NCBI GenBank assembly: GCA_030390025.1 | Contig: CM059432.1 | Location: 28,460,001 to 28,524,000 of the forward strand | Direction of reading: 5' to 3' | DNA: 64,000 nucleotides | Source of the DNA: Squalus acanthias | Taxonomy: Eukaryota | Part shown: in pieces, positions 12,580 to 24,051 of the stretch | Position numbering within the stretch: position 1 is the first letter of the stretch | Layout: each line of letters starts with the position of its first letter | Made by a program: the position numbers and the translations under genes | The notes under the pieces: model-generated | Database searches by the model: none | What the model was told of the DNA's origin: nothing | The model's input: the letters and a program-made list of their open reading frames with translations, nothing else

Positions 12580-13540
12580 CAGTGTGAGTTGACTATTAGG
12601 GCATCCCATGCATCTTGAGCAGCAATGTGATCAGCTGGCCTGGCGTTCGACACTGCATCTTCCTCTTCGGCTTGGAATCCTCATCAGATGAGGAGTGTTT
12701 AACGGCTTGCTCCTCCTGTACCTCTAGTCCTCGCTACTTCACTACGTTATGTTCATTGGCGGAGTTCCTGAGAGGTGTCATCAGCCAGGTTTGGAGATTT
12801 GTCGCCTAGCAACCACCGTTTAAGGCTGGTTCCAGGTCTGAACATGTCAGGGATGTCGGATTGCCGCAGTATGAAAGCACACTGGCAGCTCCCAGGGAAT
12901 CTGGCGCAGACCTGACTGAACCTTTTTATGTGGTTGCACACCAGCTGAACATTGATGGAATTAAATCCATTGCAGTTGATCGTATTGCCACGTGTGCACA
13001 GTCGATGGTACCCCGCACCTGGAGGAAACCAGCCAGAGACGCGAATCCGAGTGCCTGCTCATTCTGTCCATTGTCATCACAGGGGAAGTTTACATACTGG
13101 CCAGCTCTGGCAAACAATCTATCCGTTACCTGCCATACGCATTTATGAGACCCTCGCTATGTTCCCGATAGTGCCCAGATAGGAACCAGAGGCAAAGAAA
13201 TTGAAGGCGGTGGTGACTTTCACAGCCACTGAATGCATGGCCACCAGGCCCAGCAAGTAGCAGGTCTTCTTCTAGGAAGCTGCAGATGTCTGCGACCACC
13301 TGACGTGACAAGCTCAGCCTTCGAAGCACTGGTCCTCTGAGAAGTCAAGGAAGCTAAGCCTCTGTCTGTAGACCCGCTTAGGTGAGAAGTGCCTACTGCA
13401 ACCTGGATCCTTCTGTTGCACCCTTCTCTGCTGGCCACCTGCAGCCCCCTCCACAGCAAGCCCTTGCTGCTGATGATGCTCATTCTCTTCCTTGTCCGAA
13501 GTCCAATCAAAAGCAGCCATGGCACCATCCATTGTGATGG
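12580..13540 (-). pseudogene. Harbinger (HARBI1-like) DDE transposase pseudogene
   Basis: Fragments RVYRQRLSFLDFSEDQC, LSRQVVADIC, GFLQVRGTIDCAHVAI, VCARFPGS and WLLGDK are typical of PIF/Harbinger transposases; spread over several frames, with stops and deletions. Confidence 0.88.
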
Positions 13541-14326
13541 TCACTGTGTGAACACCTCCAAACTGTACAAATAAGTCTCGAACAACAAGTACTCTAACCA
13601 AACCGTTTCCCAAAAGGAACTGAGAAAGCAGCTGTGAGCACTGAACCTTTATTCAGATCTGGCCTCCTGATGCCAATAAACTGCTGCTGAATCTCGCCTC
13701 ATTTTCACTGCCGAGTTTCCCAAACCCCAGGAAACTGTGCAGCAATCGTTAATTCCTAATTGGGCTCACAATCGCAATATAGGAGCCTGATTTAAATATG
13801 TTAATAATGGACCCTCCTCACCACGTGGGACACCCCGATATCTACCGCCGTAAAAAAAGGAAAGGGGCGCGTGCGTAGCAGGTTTGAGTCGTATTTCACG
13901 GTTAAACCGCCACCCCCCTCATCCAGACCTATGCTTTACAAAACCTTAAAACAACTAATGGACTATGTAAGAAACACACAAAATATTAAACTCTTGTTCA
14001 ATCTCTATTGTGCCATCAGTATCTTCCTGTGTTTTTTCTGCTTCTATGCAATTACCATACAAATAAATCCGACTTGTTTTTAGCTTGAACATAAAGGTCT
14101 AACAATGATACTTTGTGTCTTCTCAGTGGCCAAATATGTGATGTGCATTATACCACACATTAAAGGCGAATTGTTCGACCTGTGGTACACTATCCCATTC
14201 ATAGCTTTCATTCAAATCAGACTCATGGAAACTGCCTTTTTGCAGTGAACACAAAGTGTTGGGAGAATGCTTAAATTGTAACAATACTATATACAAGACA
14301 GAAAGACAGACTTCCATTTATATACA

Positions 14327-14800
14327 CCTCCGTTCAGTCCGCAAGTATGCTTCCCGAGCTTCCGGTTGGCTGTCACTTTAATTCTCCGCTCCACTCCCAC
14401 TCTGACCTCGGCCTCTTACACTGTTCCAACGAAGCTCAACGTTAGCTTGGGGAACAGCACCTCATCTTTCTATTAGGCACTTTACAGCCTTCTGGACTCA
14501 ACATCGAGTTCAACAATTTCAGACCATTACTTCTGCCCCTATTTTTTTCAAGATGGCAGCTGTTGATGATTCTCCATCTACATCTCTTCTAGACCCATCT
14601 TTTGTTTCTTTACTTGTCCCATTACCATCTCCTTTTGCTTTGTACAATCATCCCTTTTGTCATTTAATCACTCCCGCCTTCCACCCTATCACAGACCTTC
14701 CCTTTTGTTCTTTCCTCCCCTGCCCCCTTTCCCTGCCCTTGCTTAAAATCTGTTACATCTCTAACTTTTTCCAGTTCTGACGAAAGGTCATCAACCTGAA
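14327..14800 (+). mobile_element. Penelope-like retroelement 3' fragment (GIY-YIG C-terminus plus terminal repeat)
   Basis: Translates in pieces to ELPV.CHFNS..HSHSDL..GLLHCSNEAQ...EQHLIF.LGTLQPSGLNIEFNNFR, the typical PLE C-terminus; followed by ttctgacgaaaggtcatcaacctgaa. Confidence 0.85.
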
Positions 14801-14801
14801 G

Positions 14802-15104
14802 GTCCCACCAACAGCAATGTGATAATGACCAGATAATCTGTTTTTAGTGATGCTGGTCGAGGGATAAATATTGGCCAGGATACAAGGAAGAACTCCCTTG
14901 CTCTTCTTCAAACAGTGCCATGGGATCTTCCACATGCACCTGAGGGGGCAGACGGGGCCTCAGTTTAATGTCTTATCCGAACGACTCCCTTGGTACTGCA
15001 CTGGAGTGCCAGCCTAGTCTGTATGCTTGTCCCTGGAATGGGACTTGAACCCACGACCTTCAGACTCGGAGGCAAGAGTGCTACCAATTAAGCCACGGCT
15101 GACA
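14802..15104 (-). mobile_element. Deu-domain tRNA-derived SINE (SacSINE1-like), partial
   Basis: Same sequence family as 26496-26966; tRNA-like head at the right end. Confidence 0.8.
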
Positions 15105-15184
15105 CCTATACTTATGCCAAACATATAAACACCTAAACATATGCTTCTATGTATAGGCTAATAATACACAACTAATAATATCAG

Positions 15185-16010
15185 TCACCACCCTCACCTC
15201 TACAACAGTCACTGTGCTGTTCGATCACCTGTCCAACATTACAGCATGGAAGAGCCAGAACTGGCAAGACCAAAGCTATCCGTTGAGCTCACACTAAAAT
15301 ACTTCACACTAATCCAATTCGATTCCCATCTCTGACTGCCTGCCAAGACCAAACTGATTATGAGCAACTTCAGTGCCCTGTTTGAGCAAAGCTTTATATT
15401 CTATCCACCATCAAAACTGCCTACGTCCACCTCCATATCATCCACCTCGATCACGATCTGACCCCATCAATACTGTAACTCTCATTCACATCTTGTTATC
15501 TCCAAGCTTGACTTCACCAGTGCTCTCAATGGCCTCTCTAATTCCACCCTGAACATCCTCTAACACATCCAAAATTCTATTGCTTGCATGTTTCATCTCA
15601 TTTCAATTAACCTCCACCAGCTCCCCATCCCATAGGGCATTGATTTCAAAATTCTTTTCCTCATCTACAAATCGCTACATGGTCTTTCCCCACCCTATCT
15701 CTGCAACTTCCACCAGCACCACATCCCAGGCTGCAACCTCTATCCCTCTGGTCTACAGTTGCTCCCCTCTTCTACTCCACCATTTGTGGCACAGCCTTTA
15801 AAAGGTCAGGTCTCTTAAGCTCTCAAATTCTCTTCTTAAACCTCTCAGGCTTGCTCAGTGTCTCCCCTCCTTCAAAACCTCTCGCTTCAACCATGCTTAC
15901 CTCCCCTAATTCTTGCTCTTGTCTATTCCTCTATTTGTCTATTTGTCACCTCCTCTTCTCCTGTGAAGAGCCTTGGGATGGTTTACTAAAGGTGTTATAA
16001 ATGTGGAAGC
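15185..16010 (+). mobile_element. highly decayed L2 LINE 3' fragment
   Basis: Residual similarity to the other L2 copies and the tail ctgtgaagagccttgggatgg...taaaggtgttataaatg. Confidence 0.7.
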
Positions 16011-16698
16011 TGTCAAGACCACATAAAATTTTGGTTACAAATGATTGAAGAATGATCTTAAGATCATTAGCGATCAAGCAACAACAATGGAGATTTCATA
16101 CTTGTATTCAAAAGAACCACGAGGGCATCAAGGATGTCCCTGGGACTGAATGTGCTACTAGACAAACAAATTGCAGCTATCGTTAAATAACTGAGAAACT
16201 GGATTTTTCAGCAAAGCTAGGCAAATAGGCTGCAGCTACTACATGAACCAAGTGACAGACTTTGGGAGTCAGGAGATTGCTAATAAAGGCAAATTACCTG
16301 GATTCCACAAGCTAAAGGATTCAGCTCATTAACCTGGCATTTAGGATTTCTAGTATTTTCTGTTTTTATTTAGTATTGTAAGTTTTTTTTTAAATTACAC
16401 TTACCTAGCTGCTAACAGGACATCTACTACCAAAGGTAAAACCCTTGGAACTAATAAACTAATCTTCCCTAGAACAAAGTAATCAAAATAAAACACTCTG
16501 AGGAACGTTTGTCAGATCTAGTGCAACAGGCCCTGCATGAATGGAATTTCTACTGGCATTCAGACCCAAAGTTATAAGAACTACTTTTGCCTCAGACAAT
16601 ATGGTTACTTGTGTTACTATGTTCTCTGATCAGATTTTGTAAACTGTTTGGAGATGAAATGTAAATGTACAGAAAGTTTCCTCCCAAGTGATTAATGA

Positions 16699-16823
16699 CG
16701 AAGGGTCATCGACCTGAAACGTTAACTCTGTTTCTCTCTCCACAGATGCTGCCTGACCTGCTGAGTATTTCCAGCATTTTCTGTTTTTATTTCAGATTTC
16801 CAGCATCCGCAGTATTTTGCTTT
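16699..16823 (+). mobile_element. short Penelope-derived insertion with partial hammerhead motif
   Basis: Direct repeat tgattaatga at 16689-16698 and 16824-16833; (tga)cgaagggtcatcgacctgaaacgttaact matches the terminal repeat of the PLE at 14775. Confidence 0.8.
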
Positions 16824-18256
16824 TGATTAATGAACTGTTGAGAGTAACTTTGAGTGTTCCAATTTGTGCAGCAAAACCCTAGTAACCACTTGTCTGCAAG
16901 GTCACCATGAAATCTATCTCCTGGCAAACTCATGACACAAAGTTCATTTGAGTGTCTCACAAAGGAAGTCCAATTTATGCAGGTACACCTTGTTCATAGT
17001 TACCAATGTAGGCTATAATGTTAGATAGATACCCTGGAGTTTTTCTTAATTGCCTGCAAGAGTCAAAAATAAATTTTACAGAACCTCCTTCAGGAGATTC
17101 AGCAGAAGTGAAGTTGGGTATGGTAAATTGTACAAGGTCTGTCTAAGGGGCGGATTTAATGGACTTTCTCACATCATACTTTTTATGGCATTCATAGCAA
17201 CACTCTAAACTCCTATGAGATCTCCATTAGAAAATGTGGTAAAACTCTGGCATAAAGGGAGAGAATGGGTCCTTCCTTTTATATACAGGACCACCACAGT
17301 GTTAAATTACTGTTTAACTACAAGGCTGTTTCCTTCCCGTTACAATAGCTACTGAAGATGCACAAGAGACAGTTTTCCCTCCTACATCAATTACTCATCT
17401 TTCAGTTATAATCTATTAATCAAATTACAAAAATACTCTGGGGCTTTTTTCATAATTTTTTCCCCTGCAAATGCTTCCACCGTGGATCCTTGAAAAAGAG
17501 TTGGAAAGACACAAACTGAAGAATGTAACTTCAATTTGTTGTAACGGTGTTAACTTGCACTCCTAAATAAGGATTTGAAATTAAAAAGGGGGGAAATGAG
17601 GGAGGGGGGTCTCAATGCTGGTAAGGCAAAACTTCAAATCTGCTGTCCTACACTACATTTCAACATTATAACATGACTACACTTCAAAAGGTTGTTAACG
17701 GGCTGTAAAATGCAATGGACCATCCAGAGGTCGTAAAATGCGCTATATAAATGCATGTCTTCCTTTCACACACTTTTCTTCCTTTCCCTTTTTGTATCAT
17801 GCTAAAACAAAACTCACTGCACCATCTCCTACATTTTTCTCCCGGGAACTCAAAAACACTTGTGGCATAAATGAAGTACTATTTTGGCTAAGATTGAGCA
17901 TGACTTCTTTAATTCTCTGTCAGTACGAGGATTAAAACCAGCTTCACTCACAGAAATGATACGCTGGCTGAACTGGATACAACTGTTGCAACAATTGGTT
18001 GGTTTGTCTGGAGACTGATACATGGGGGGTGGGGGCAAGCCATTCAATTCAAATACAAACCTCTTTTGGAATTTGTTCAAATGTACGCTTTTTAATCAAA
18101 AAATTAGCAGTTATTCAAATTCACTTGGTTCATGTCACTTTTTTGGAAGGTATTTATCAGCCTGTCTTTTTCAAATTAGTGAGTCTGTCTGTAGCTTGGA
18201 AGAGACAGAAGCCAGTTAGTTTCCACAAATGGTGTGAAAGGAAAAGAACCTACTCT

Positions 18257-19862
18257 AAGAAAATAGACAAACATCTAGAAACCAAAAATATAATAATGAA
18301 TAGTCAGCATGGATTTCAAAAGGGAAAGTCTTGCTTGGCCAACCTCATTGAATTTTTTGAAGCGGTAACAGAGAGAGTAGACAAGGGTAATGCAGTGGAT
18401 GTAATTTATCTAGATTTTCAAAAGGCCTTCGATAAGGTACCACATAATACACTAATGAATAAGGTCAGAGAATGCGGAGTCAGGGGACAAGTAGCAGAAT
18501 GATTAGCTAGCTGGTTTCAAGACAGAAAGCAGAGAGTAGGGGTAAAGTGTAGCTATTCAGAGTGGCAGATGGTGGGAAATGGTGTTCCACAAGGATCAGT
18601 ACTGGGACCACTGTTGTTCACAATTTAGATTAGCGATTTAGACTTTGGAATCAAAAACACAATTTCAAAAATGTTTTTTTTATTTGTTTATGAGATGTGG
18701 GCGTCGCTGGCGAGGCCAGCATTTATTGCCCATCCTTAATTGCCCTCGAGAAGGTGGTGGAGAGCCGCCTTCTTGAACCGCTGCAGTCCTTGTGGTGAAG
18801 GTACTCCCACAGTGCTGTTAGGGAGGGAGTTCCAGGATTTTGACCCAGTGACGATGAAGGATCGGCGATATACTTCTAAGTCAGGATGGTGTGTGAGTTG
18901 GAGGGGAACTTGGAGGTGGTGGTGTTCCCATGCGGATGACACCAAATTGGGGGGGGGGGGGGGGGGGAAATAGTCAATACTGAGAGGACTGCAACAAATT
19001 ACAGGAAGACATTAATAAACTTGCAAAATGGGCAGATAATTGGCAAATGAATTTCAACACAGATAAATGTGAGGTATTACATTTTGGTAGGAAGAATAGG
19101 GAGGTCACATATTACTTGGAGGGTACGAGTCTGGGTGGGGTAGAGGAGCAAAGGGATCTGAGATTACAAATACACACATTAGTAAAAGTAGCGACACAGG
19201 TTAACAAGGCCATAAAAAAGCAATCCAAGCACTAGGGTTTAATTCTAGCGGGATAGAACTGAAAAGTAGCGAAGTTATGCTAAACTTGTATCGAACCTTG
19301 GTTAGGCCACACTTGGAATACTGCGTACAATTCTGGTCGCCATATTATAAAAAGAATAGGAGGGACTGGAGAGGATGCAGAGAAGATTTACAAGGATTAT
19401 ACTAGAAATACGAGGGTATACCTTTCAGGAAAGGATGAACAGGCTGGGTCTCTTTTCTCTTGAAAAAAGACTGAGGGGTGACCTAATAGAGATCTTTAAA
19501 ATTATGAAAGGTTTTGATAGAGTAGATACAGAGAGAATGTTTCCACTTGTGGGGAAGAGCATAACTAGAGGCCATCAATATAAGATAGTCACCACGAAAT
19601 CAAATAGGGAATTCAGAAGAAACTTCTTTACCCAGAAAGTAGCGAGAATGTGGAACTCACTACCACAGGGATTGGTTGAAGCGAATAGTATAGATGCATT
19701 TAAGGGGCGGTTAAATAAGCACGAGGGAGAAGGGAATAGAGGGTTATGGTGATAGTTAGATGAGGAAAGACGGGAGGAGGCTCGAGTGGAGCAAAATCGC
19801 CGGCATGGACTGGTTGGGCCGAATGGCCTGTTTCTGTGTTGTATATCCTATGTAATCCTATG
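18257..19862 (+). mobile_element. CR1 LINE, 5'-truncated (RT domain to tail)
   Basis: SQHGFQKGKSCLANLIEFF, YLDFQKAFDKVPH, LRGDLIE and WNSLP motifs; (atcctatgt) tail. Confidence 0.92.
18672..18930 (-). mobile_element. 3' fragment of the LINE family seen at 48495-49570, nested in a CR1
   Basis: Interrupts the CR1 codons for SKFADDTK; tail rc caccaccttctcgagggcaattaaggatgggcaataaatgctggcc. Confidence 0.8.
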
Positions 19863-20374
19863 CAAGAATATTACTTATATTATAGTTCAGTATAGCAGTT
19901 GAGAACTAATATTTTCTACCACAAAGAGCTAGCTAAGCTTAACAATTAATAGAAAAATATATGTATGCTCCTGCTAATATTCACTTGTTCTTTTACTGCG
20001 CAACAAAATTGCTCGACAGTTAAACCCTGAAACAACTTCTAGTGTAGTGTTATTCTGACAGCTTTCCAAGACAATAAAGATCACAAAGGCATTCGCTGTA
20101 ATAAACTGAAGAACGTTCTCGGTTTGGGGGGAACACTACAAATTTACCTAAATATGCGTGTAGTCTAAAACACAGAAGCTTAAAATATCAAGAGCAAGAA
20201 TAAGGAAACCCCAAAAATATAACATTATTCACTCTGAACTCTACAGGCTTTTAAAACCCAAGTTTGGCATCAGCTGACCATTTTAATGATCATCATCTTC
20301 TCTACTCTTTCCAACCTTGATCTGTGGTGCTGGCCCTGCACCTAGTTAAACCAGATTTAGAAACGGTTTCATAC

Positions 20375-20457
20375 CTGATCAGGCACATGGTGGCTTCCAA
20401 TACCATCTTCCAGCATTTCGAAACCATCTCCACTCACAGCTTTTGATGCCAATAGGC
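20375..20457 (-). CDS. PHF20L1: PHF20L1 coding exon (GLLASKAVSGDGFEMLEDGIGSHHVPDQ)
   Basis: 83 nt, phase 1 to 0; acceptor ttctgcag|GC; donor CAG|GTATGA; GLLASKAV motif. Confidence 0.92.
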
Positions 20458-21124
20458 CTGCAGAACAGAGAAATTGTATACACATTTACAAAACAATCCT
20501 ACTGTCAGCATATTTACTCACTTCCAATACAGTACAAAACAAGGAAAAACACTGTTCGTAAGCAACTACTGGTGAAGGTTAGATTAAAGGAGCTTTACCC
20601 TTCAGAAGACCACTCAGTATCCACTTGGGAACACATAATAAATATTCAAATAAAATGGACAGTAACAATCAAAGTTATCATTAAAATCAAACCCCTAAAA
20701 AGTTAAAGACAAAAAGTAGTTGTGCAGTAGTTTAACAATCTTTCTAGCGTGCTTGGATGTGGAAGTTGTGCCAGAGCCCCAGAGATTGGTCAATTGTAAC
20801 ACCTCTGTTGAAGGAGAGAGAAAAGGATAAACTGGGTATTTATAGACCAGTCATATCGTGGGTAAGCTAATTCTCACTTAGAAATAAATTAACAGATGGC
20901 ACAGATATGTACCATCTGACAATTTTTTTTTGATGCAATAATAGTGCACTGATAAAGGAAATAGTCAATGTTCTGTATACGGGTTTTCAAAAGGTTTTTG
21001 GCAATGTGCAACATAGAAGGTGCAACAAAAATGCATTTCGTCTTTGTTAATCTTTTAACAGATTATTTCTCCTTGTTCACAGCTCACACAGAATCAAGGG
21101 CAGTAAGCACTAGATGTTTCTGTA

Positions 21125-21760
21125 AATTACATAGAATTTACAGCACAGAAACAGGCCATCTGGTCTATGCCGCTCTTTATAAGAACATAGAATTAGGAGC
21201 AGGAGTAGATCATACAGCCCCTCGAGCCTGCTCCGCCATTCAATAAGATCATGGCTGATCTTCAACCTCAACTCCACTTTCCCAACCGATCTCCATATCC
21301 CTTGATTCCCCTAGAGTCCAAAAATCTATCTATCTCAGCCTTGAATATACTCAACGATTCAGCATCCAGCCCTCCGAGTTAAGAAATTCCTCTTCATCTC
21401 AGTCTTAAATGGCCAACCCCTTATCCTGAGACTATGCCCCCTAGTTCTAGACTCTCCAGCGAGGGAAACAACCCCTCAGCATCTACCCAGTCAATTCCCC
21501 TCAGAATCTTATGCTCCACACGAGCCGCCTCCAACCCTACTTCATCTAAACTCTATCAGCATAACCTTCTATTCCTTTCTCACTCATGTACTTATCTAGC
21601 TTCCCCTTAAATGCATCAACTACTCCATGTGGTAGCATGTTCCACATTCTAACCACTCCCTAGGTAAAGAAGTTTCTCCTGAATTCCTTATTGGATTTAT
21701 TAGTGACTATCTTGTATTATAACTCCTAGTTTTGGACTCCCGCACAAGTGGAAATATCAA
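21125..21760 (-). mobile_element. two nested CR1 3' fragments
   Basis: Reverse-complement CR1 tails at about 21125 and 21180; the outer copy resumes at about 21510. Confidence 0.8.
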
Positions 21761-21859
21761 GTGTATACTCTGGCTAATTTTCACATCTCAGAACAAACCA
21801 AAGAATGAATAGCTAAGGAAGGCTTTTGTGGTTTAATTGCAGTCACTGTAATTGCAGTT

Positions 21860-22240
21860 CTCTTCTCTAGAAGGGAGAAGGTTAAGATGAGATCTGATAG
21901 ATTGTTTCCAAAAATTTTGAAGGGTTTTAATAAGGTAAATAAGGAAATGTATTTCCACTGGTCAGTGCCAATAACTAGAGGGTATAAATATAGGACTATA
22001 AGAACAAAGGGAGCGGTTAAAAAAAATTGATGGAGGGTTGTTAGGACATGGAATGTTCTATCAGAAAGTGGTAGCAGAATTCATAATCTCTTAAAAGGGA
22101 AGTGGATAAATATTTGAAAAATAATTTAAAAGGTATACGGAAAGGACAAGGGAATGGGACTAAGTGGACAGCTCTTCAGAGCTGGCACAGGCTTAATGGG
22201 TCAAATAGCCTCCTTCCATGCTGTAAAATTCTGTAATTTT
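21860..22240 (+). mobile_element. decayed CR1 3' fragment
   Basis: ttctctagaagggagaaggttaagatgagatctgatag (FSLE.RRLR.DLI) and a CR1 tail. Confidence 0.75.
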
Positions 22241-22945
22241 CTGATACTACTTGATTAGCTTTGTTGAAAACTGGCTTACTCTGACTGGACACTTTCTGTA
22301 AATAAGCAACAATCACACTCAAAAGCTGTGTCACTAACACACAGGGCAAGCGCACCAAACAATACTGTAATCAGCGCACAAAAGGAAGAAGGGATCTTCA
22401 TTTCAGTTTGTGAGGGTAGGAGATATGGGGGGGAAAAAAAGTAATTTATCTGGAGAAACCAGTCCTTTAATGGACAAAACACTCCTCATTCAGGTTGAAA
22501 GGTAGCACGAGTCTTTCAATCAAGATTTCTTTAAAGAAACTTCAAATAGTTACAATAAATTAGGGTTAATATTGGCAATCATCTGTGCTGTTGTATCCAA
22601 TTCTATTCATTTTTTTATATTTTTATTTAAATTGTGAACATTGTTCGCAATGAGGTAGTACTACCCTGATCATGGTACTGAAGCAGTGAAGGACCTGAAT
22701 TAACAGAGAGATCCAGTCATTGGCCTAAGGGTGCTCCACAATCAACTGCACACATTATTTCATCTCCCTCACACTGTGTGTCAGCACTCTGTTTAAAAAT
22801 ATTCAACAATAATTCAATTTTGGACTTTCAAAAGGTGTTTCCTAAAGTACCAAATAACAGACTAGTTATAGACTGGGATTAAAGGAGTACGAGCAACATG
22901 GATACGAAATTGGCTATGGGGCAGAAAGCAGAGTGTAGTGGTGAA

Positions 22946-23087
22946 TAATGTTCCCTCTAATTTTTTTTTGGGTGCGCGGCCCCTTCATATTTCCGCGCAT
23001 GCACAGTTTTTCCATCGTATAGCCAGTAAGCGGCCTGCGCGGGACCTCCAGACCGCTGCACAGCCGTGCAGCTTAATGGGAACATTG
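22946..23087. mobile_element. hAT-type MITE inserted in a CR1
   Basis: TIR (t)AATGTTCCCTCTAA / TTAATGGGAACATTG; 8-bp imperfect TSD gtggtgaa / atgttgaa. Confidence 0.8.
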
Positions 23088-23477
23088 ATGTTGAACAGTT
23101 CTGGAGTATACAGTGGTGCCCCCCAGGGTTCGGTATTAGGACCACTGCTCTTTTTGATATATTTTTGACCTGGACTTTGGTATAGGGGGCATAATTTCAA
23201 ATTTTGCTGATGACAACAGAAAACTGCGAAGTGATACATTTTGGTAGGAAGAATGAGGAGAGGCAATATAAACTAAAGGGTACAATTCTGAAGGGGAGTG
23301 ACCTGGGGGTTTTTGTGCATAAATCGTTGAAGGTGGCAGGGCAGGTTGAAAAAGCGGTTAAATTCATGAACAGAGACATCTAGGGGTATATGTGCACAAA
23401 TTGTTGAAGGTGACAGGGCAGGTTGAGAAAGCGGTTAAAAACACATATGGGATCCTGGACTTCATAAATAGAGGCAT

Positions 23478-24051
23478 GGGCTGGATTTTCCAAGCCACGA
23501 GGAGGCAGGCATGAAGGCGGGACTACCAGTAAAGTAGCAGAAAGTGGGGGCGGATGGCAAGCCCGCCCCCATGCCCTTTTGCCAGGAGGCGGGAAGATGT
23601 GCTGCTTCGGGTCCTGTCTCCTGGAGGCGTGAAAGGGATTAAATCCTTTTAACTGCCTGTTAACAGGTAGTTAACAGGCAGAAAAAAAGATTAGTGCCAT
23701 TTTACCCTCACAGGTGAAGGTTTCCCAACCTTGAACCAACAGCCATCTGAAATCGACAAAGTTGAAAGGTTTGATGAGTCCTGAACACAAGGACTCATCA
23801 AACTACAGAGAATGTCAGTGTTTGACAGCTTCACAGAGCTGTCAAACGCTGACATTTCTTCTTTCAAGAGGTCTTGACAGATAGCACCAGTGACTTCCTC
23901 CCTAATTGGCCTGCTGAGCCCGCAGGGCGAGCTTAACAAGGTCAATTAGGGGAAAATCCCTCTGGTTGGTCAGACGATGATGGAGGTGGGACATTGACAT
24001 GACAAGCAGCAGTCCCGCCTCCAATTCGTCTCCATTTAGAAAATCCAGCCC
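23478..24051. mobile_element. PIF/Harbinger-type MITE inserted in a CR1
   Basis: Perfect 13-bp TIR GGGCTGGATTTTC / GAAAATCCAGCCC; splits the CR1 sequence atagaggcat|agagtacaaaagc; internal hairpins. Confidence 0.85.

Larger units (their letters stand above)
10367..13929. mobile_element. decayed PIF/Harbinger DNA transposon, autonomous-type architecture with two convergent genes
   Basis: TAT flanks both ends (10364-10366, 13930-13932), consistent with a 3-bp TSD; imperfect termini GGACTTGAT / rc GGTCTGGAT; internal transposase and Myb-like remnants. Confidence 0.8.

Noticed and set aside
12580..13540. Possible domesticated HARBI1 gene nested in the intron
   Set aside because: Multiple stops, frameshifts, deletions and a lost catalytic motif; it lies within TSD-bounded transposon ends
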